A DNA stretch of 32,000 bases from Candidatus Saccharimonadota bacterium (GTDB taxonomy: Bacteria > Pseudomonadota > Gammaproteobacteria > Enterobacterales > Enterobacteriaceae): contig CP001817.1 in the NCBI GenBank assembly GCA_000217635.1, positions 240,001 to 272,000 on the forward strand, in the 5' to 3' direction. This document shows, in pieces, positions 28,511 through 32,000 of this stretch (its first letter is position 1; every line of letters begins with the position of its first letter). Under the pieces are notes generated by a model. It saw only the letters and a program-made list of their open reading frames with translations, was not told the origin of the DNA and ran no database searches. The translations under genes and the position numbers were made by a program.

Positions 28511-29278
28511 ATGAATAATTTTCTAAAATATAAATATATTATTTTAATTTTTTTTTCTATATCTATGGTGCATCCAGTAGTTTTAGCAGAAAAAATAAGA
28601 AATTTAATAAATATATCAAATACCAATCAAACCCAACTATTAGGGTATGGTTTAGTAATTGGATTAAACGGAACCGGAGATCAAATAACACCGCTTTCAT
28701 TTGCAAAAAAATTATTAATAAATATTTTTTTAAAATTTGGAATTAATATCGATAATAATTATAATACACAAACGAGAAATATAGCTGCTGTAATTGTTAC
28801 AGCGATTACTCCGCCATTTAATTATATTGGTCAAAAAATCAACGTATCTGTTTCATCTGTTGGAAACGCAACTAATTTACACGGAGGTTTATTATTACTT
28901 ACTCCTTTATATGGGTTAGATAAAAAAAAATATGCAGTAGCATATGGAAAAGTTTCATGTATCTCTAATCAATTACATACTACAAATCTATATAATACAA
29001 ATTATTATACAAATGTAGAAATTAAAAATGGCGCTGTTTTAGAAAAAAAAATTTTGTCACATGATAAAAAAAATCAAAATATTTTTTTATATATACAAAA
29101 AAAAGATAGTGCATTAACTCAAGAAATATATCGATTAATAAATAATTATTATCCAAATCATAGTAAAATTATTGATATATATACCATACAAATTACTCTT
29201 CCAGAAAATAAATTGTTACAACTTAAAATATTATCACATATTGAAAATATGGACGTAGATATTTTAAAATTGCATTAA
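28511..29278 (+). CDS. flgI: flagellar P-ring protein FlgI, C-terminally truncated (about 250 of ~365 E. coli-equivalent residues)
   Basis: The signal peptide is followed by AEKIRNLINIS. LLGYGLVIGLNGTGDQ, RNIAAVIVTAITPPF, GQKINVSVSSVGNATNLHGGLLLLTPLYG and IKNGAVLEK are collinear with E. coli FlgI. The ORF stops after ILSHIENMDVDI, which corresponds to E. coli FLADIQNMQVNV. Confidence 0.85.
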   Translation: MNNFLKYKYIILIFFSISMVHPVVLAEKIRNLINISNTNQTQLLGYGLVIGLNGTGDQITPLSFAKKLLINIFLKFGINIDNNYNTQTRNIAAVIVTAITPPFNYIGQKINVSVSSVGNATNLHGGLLLLTPLYGLDKKKYAVAYGKVSCISNQLHTTNLYNTNYYTNVEIKNGAVLEKKILSHDKKNQNIFLYIQKKDSALTQEIYRLINNYYPNHSKIIDIYTIQITLPENKLLQLKILSHIENMDVDILKLH

Positions 29279-29357
29279 TTTTGCTAATTAAACTCTCTTA
29301 ATTTCTGTATTTTTTATAGAATTTTATTAAAATAAATATTAGGATAAGGATTATAAA

Positions 29358-29677
29358 ATGAATGTAAAAATAAAAAAATTAACTTATTGTAATGAATATA
29401 GCCCTATTTTTAAAAAAAAAACCATACTTTAAAAAAAAATTCTAATTTAGAATATATTAATAAAATTACTTGTAAAGAAAAAGAAATATTTATAAATATA
29501 ATTTTTAAAATTATTAAAAATAATATGGATATCAATGTAAATTCAACAACAAATAGTACAGAAGAAACTAAATTATATACCGACTTTTATAGTGAAATTC
29601 TTATTAAGCAATATAATTTATTAAAAATATACCCTGTAATATGGTTTAAAAAAATATTTAAAAAAATAAAGAATTAA
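29358..29677 (+). pseudogene. flgJ: flgJ (N-terminal rod-binding domain only) interrupted by a -1 frame change in an A10 tract
   Basis: The ATG-29358 frame reads MNVKIKKLTYCNEYSPIFKKK and then stops at 29430. The frame one base back from the A10 tract (29412-29421) reads NHTLKKNSNLEYINKITCKEKEIFINIIFKIIKNN...EETKLYTDFYSEILIKQ...*, ending at 29677. EIFINIIFKIIKNN and TKLYTDFYSEILIKQ match E. coli FlgJ EGMFVQMMLKSMRDA and TRLYTSMYDQQIAQQ with similar N-terminal spacing. No muramidase domain follows. Confidence 0.65.
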
Positions 29678-29858
29678 TTTAAATTAACAGATCAAAATAA
29701 TAATAATAATAAACAAAGAAATTATAGAAATTACCAAAATATAATATTAAAAAAATTCTTAAAATTAATACTTATTAATATATATTTTTACAATATTAAC
29801 TAAACAATATAATTTAACATAATTAAATAACAATTTCTAATCTTATATAAAATTAAAA

Positions 29859-30821
29859 ATGAATAGAAAAATTGTTCCAAAATATAAAATTATTGTAAAA
29901 AAAAACGTATGTTTTCAAAGAATAGATAATTTTTTGTTTAAAACATTTAAAAAACTACCAAAAAGCATGATATATCGTTGTTTAAGGATAGGAAAAATAA
30001 GACTAAACCATAAAAAAATAAAACCGACTTATAAACTTAAGAAAAATGATATTATTACTGTATTTGCTATTAACGTTGCTTTAATTAAAAAAAAGATACT
30101 TAAATTAAAACAATCAACTATTAATTTTTTTTTAAAACATATTATATATGAAGATGATCACTTATTAATTATTAATAAACCAACCGGCATTTCAGTTCAT
30201 AGTGGAAGCGGAATTAACTTTGGAATTATAGAAATATTTCGAGAAATACGTCCAGATATTTTTTTTTTAGAACTAGTACATCGTCTAGATAAAGATACGT
30301 CCGGAGTGTTAATGTTAGCAAAAAAAAAATCAATATTAAAAAAACTACATCAACAATTACGCGATAAAGAAATTTATAAAGAATACAAAGCTATAGTATA
30401 TGGACATTGGCCAAAAAATAATATAGTGGATTTACCATTATTAAGAATTAAAAATTTAAATAATAAAAATAAAGTTTGTATACATAATAATGGAAAATCT
30501 TCACAAACAAATTTTATAGTACAAAAATATTATCCAAATACTACTTTATTATCAGTTATACCTATTACTGGTCGAACACATCAAATTCGTGTTCATGCTT
30601 CTTATTCTGGACATCCAATTTTATTTGATAATAGATATGGTACAAAAGAAATAAAGAAAACAGAAAAAATTTATAAAAAAAATAATATGAGATTATTGTT
30701 ACATGCTCAAACTGTAATTTTTATACACCCAAAAAATCAAAAAAAGATTTGTATATACGCGCCTTTATGTAAAAATTTTAAAAAATATGTACATTTTTTT
30801 TCAAAAAATATACATAATTAA
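29859..30821 (+). CDS. rluC: 23S rRNA pseudouridine synthase RluC
   Basis: QRIDNFL...LPKSMIYRCLRIGKIRLNHKKIKPTYKL (S4 domain), IIYEDDHLLIINKPTGISVHSGSG, LELVHRLDKDTSGVLMLAKK (catalytic Asp motif), TGRTHQIRVH and LLLHA are collinear with E. coli RluC. Length is 320 aa versus 319. Confidence 0.93.
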   Translation: MNRKIVPKYKIIVKKNVCFQRIDNFLFKTFKKLPKSMIYRCLRIGKIRLNHKKIKPTYKLKKNDIITVFAINVALIKKKILKLKQSTINFFLKHIIYEDDHLLIINKPTGISVHSGSGINFGIIEIFREIRPDIFFLELVHRLDKDTSGVLMLAKKKSILKKLHQQLRDKEIYKEYKAIVYGHWPKNNIVDLPLLRIKNLNNKNKVCIHNNGKSSQTNFIVQKYYPNTTLLSVIPITGRTHQIRVHASYSGHPILFDNRYGTKEIKKTEKIYKKNNMRLLLHAQTVIFIHPKNQKKICIYAPLCKNFKKYVHFFSKNIHN

Positions 30822-30912
30822 AATACTTCTAAGTTATCTTTTTTAAAAGATAAAAAATAAATAAAAAAATAAAAAAATTATTTTTTAAATTTAAATATAA
30901 TAGGAAAATATT

Positions 30913-31083
30913 ATGGCAGTTCAAAAAAGCAAACCAAGTAGATCAAAAAGGGGAATGAGACGCTCCCATGATCATATAAATCTCAAAGAATTATCAAAAG
31001 ATAAAATATCTGGAGAATTACATATCCGTCATCACATTACTAAAAAGGGATTTTATAAAGGAAAAAACAAGAAAACTTTATAA
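30913..31083 (+). CDS. rpmF: 50S ribosomal protein L32
   Basis: This ORF is too short for the ORF track and was read by hand. [56 protein letters not shown] compares with E. coli [56 protein letters not shown]. Confidence 0.95.
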   Translation: MAVQKSKPSRSKRGMRRSHDHINLKELSKDKISGELHIRHHITKKGFYKGKNKKTL

Positions 31084-31253
31084 AAAAATGAAATTATTTA
31101 TTGATTTATACATTTATATTTATCTTTAAAAGTCAATATAATAATTAATAATATATTTAATGATAAAAGATATTTTTATAAACAAGCAAATACTATTAAA
31201 ATACATTTTTATTATATATTAACATATAAAAATCTTTCGAAAAAATAAAAAAT

Positions 31254-32000
31254 ATGAAAAAATTTGCAATGATTTTTTCAGGACAGGGGTTGTATAATTT
31301 ACATATATTACAATTATTAATGAAAAAATATTCTTTAATTAAACAAACATTTTATGAAGCATCTGAATTTTTAAAATATGACATACTTAAAAAAATCTTT
31401 AATGTTAATTATCCAAATCAAAAATATCAACTTGACTTTCAATATCTTTTATTAATATCTTCTGTAGCATTATTTCGTTTATGGTTACAAGAATCATTAT
31501 ATATTTATCCTGATATCATAGCTGGACATAGTTTAGGCCAATATTCCGCTTTAATATGTAACAACTCTATAAAATTTATAGATGGATTAAAAATCCTAAA
31601 AATACGTAATCAAATTATACAATCAAATATAAAAAATATATCTTTTTTAACATATGCGATAATTGGATTAAAATTAGAAACAATAAAAAAAATTTGTTTA
31701 TATGTATCTAAAAATCAATCAAAAGTATTTGTTTCATGTATTAATTCAGATATACAAATAGTGATTACCGGACATGATCAAGCTGTATTAAAAGCAAGAA
31801 CTCTATGTAAAAAGTATGGAGCAATATATACGATAAAGCTACCTATCTATATTAGTATGCACTGTAATTTAATGCGAAAAATATCAAAAATTTTTTCGTA
31901 TAATTTAAATGACATAAAAATTTCATTAGGTAAATGTTCTATAATTGAAAATGTTAATGCATCATTTTTATTATCTCGACGAGATATATATTCAGCAATT
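31254..32000 (+). CDS. fabD: malonyl-CoA:ACP transacylase, N-terminal 249 codons (3' end outside window)
   Basis: Hand translation is open to the window edge. MKKFAMIFSGQG, QTFYEASEFLKYD, ISSVALFRLW, the active site IAGHSLGQYSALIC, AIIGL, VITGH and SMHCNLM are collinear with E. coli FabD (FAFVFPGQG, MAGHSLGEYSALVC, VIAGH, SHCALM). Confidence 0.9.
   Translation, partial: MKKFAMIFSGQGLYNLHILQLLMKKYSLIKQTFYEASEFLKYDILKKIFNVNYPNQKYQLDFQYLLLISSVALFRLWLQESLYIYPDIIAGHSLGQYSALICNNSIKFIDGLKILKIRNQIIQSNIKNISFLTYAIIGLKLETIKKICLYVSKNQSKVFVSCINSDIQIVITGHDQAVLKARTLCKKYGAIYTIKLPIYISMHCNLMRKISKIFSYNLNDIKISLGKCSIIENVNASFLLSRRDIYSAI

Noticed and set aside
29697-29712. (AAT)n microsatellite-like run
   Set aside because: It has about five units only, which is normal low-complexity sequence for this composition.
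1-32000. Search for CRISPR arrays, IS elements or transposases, integrases, phage genes, toxin-antitoxin genes, or defence or secretion-effector islands
   Set aside because: Every ORF of useful length is accounted for by a housekeeping orthologue. There are no regularly spaced direct repeats, no terminal inverted repeats flanking an ORF, and no compositionally foreign segment. I do not see a novel multi-gene system in this window.

Overview
This 32-kb window is a piece of an extremely A+T-rich, eroding gammaproteobacterial endosymbiont chromosome. By eye it is about 20% G+C, and the long spacers are far lower.

Every gene is a recognisable enterobacterial housekeeping orthologue. Gene order consists of E. 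coli-collinear blocks with deletions:
- pfkA / tpiA
- ihfB-rpsA-[cmk missing]-aroA-serC-serS
- trxB-infA-aspS-yebC
- pykA
- htpX, tsaB
- minEDC
- rsmC
- tRNA Ser-Cys-Leu
- ompA, murJ
- flgBC-[flgDE missing]-flgFGHIJ-[flgKL and rne missing]-rluC-rpmF-[plsX and fabH missing]-fabD

The composition, the synteny as I recall it, and a hook-less, filament-less basal-body gene set fit a strongly reduced Buchnera aphidicola lineage. That is recollection, not a database hit.

I call 29 CDS (2 truncated by the window edges), 1 frameshifted flgJ, 3 tRNAs, 2 candidate terminator hairpins and 1 spacer repeat. I see no mobile elements, CRISPR, phage, toxin or defence genes, and no convincing novel multi-gene system.

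The points worth a second look are frame-integrity and domain-loss signals:
- pykA has a 1-nt deficit in an A9 tract, and its ancestral C-terminus is still readable out of frame.
- serC has a compensated pair of frameshifts.
- flgJ is split at an A10 tract.
- tsaB has a probable frameshift near its 3' end.
- flgI is truncated, and ompA encodes the barrel domain only.
- Gene-sized spacers of very low G+C sit where E. coli carries cmk, zwf/hexR, lrp-ftsK-lolA-rarA, flgNMA and rne.

All homology statements come from reading the translations against E. coli sequences recalled from memory. No searches were run.
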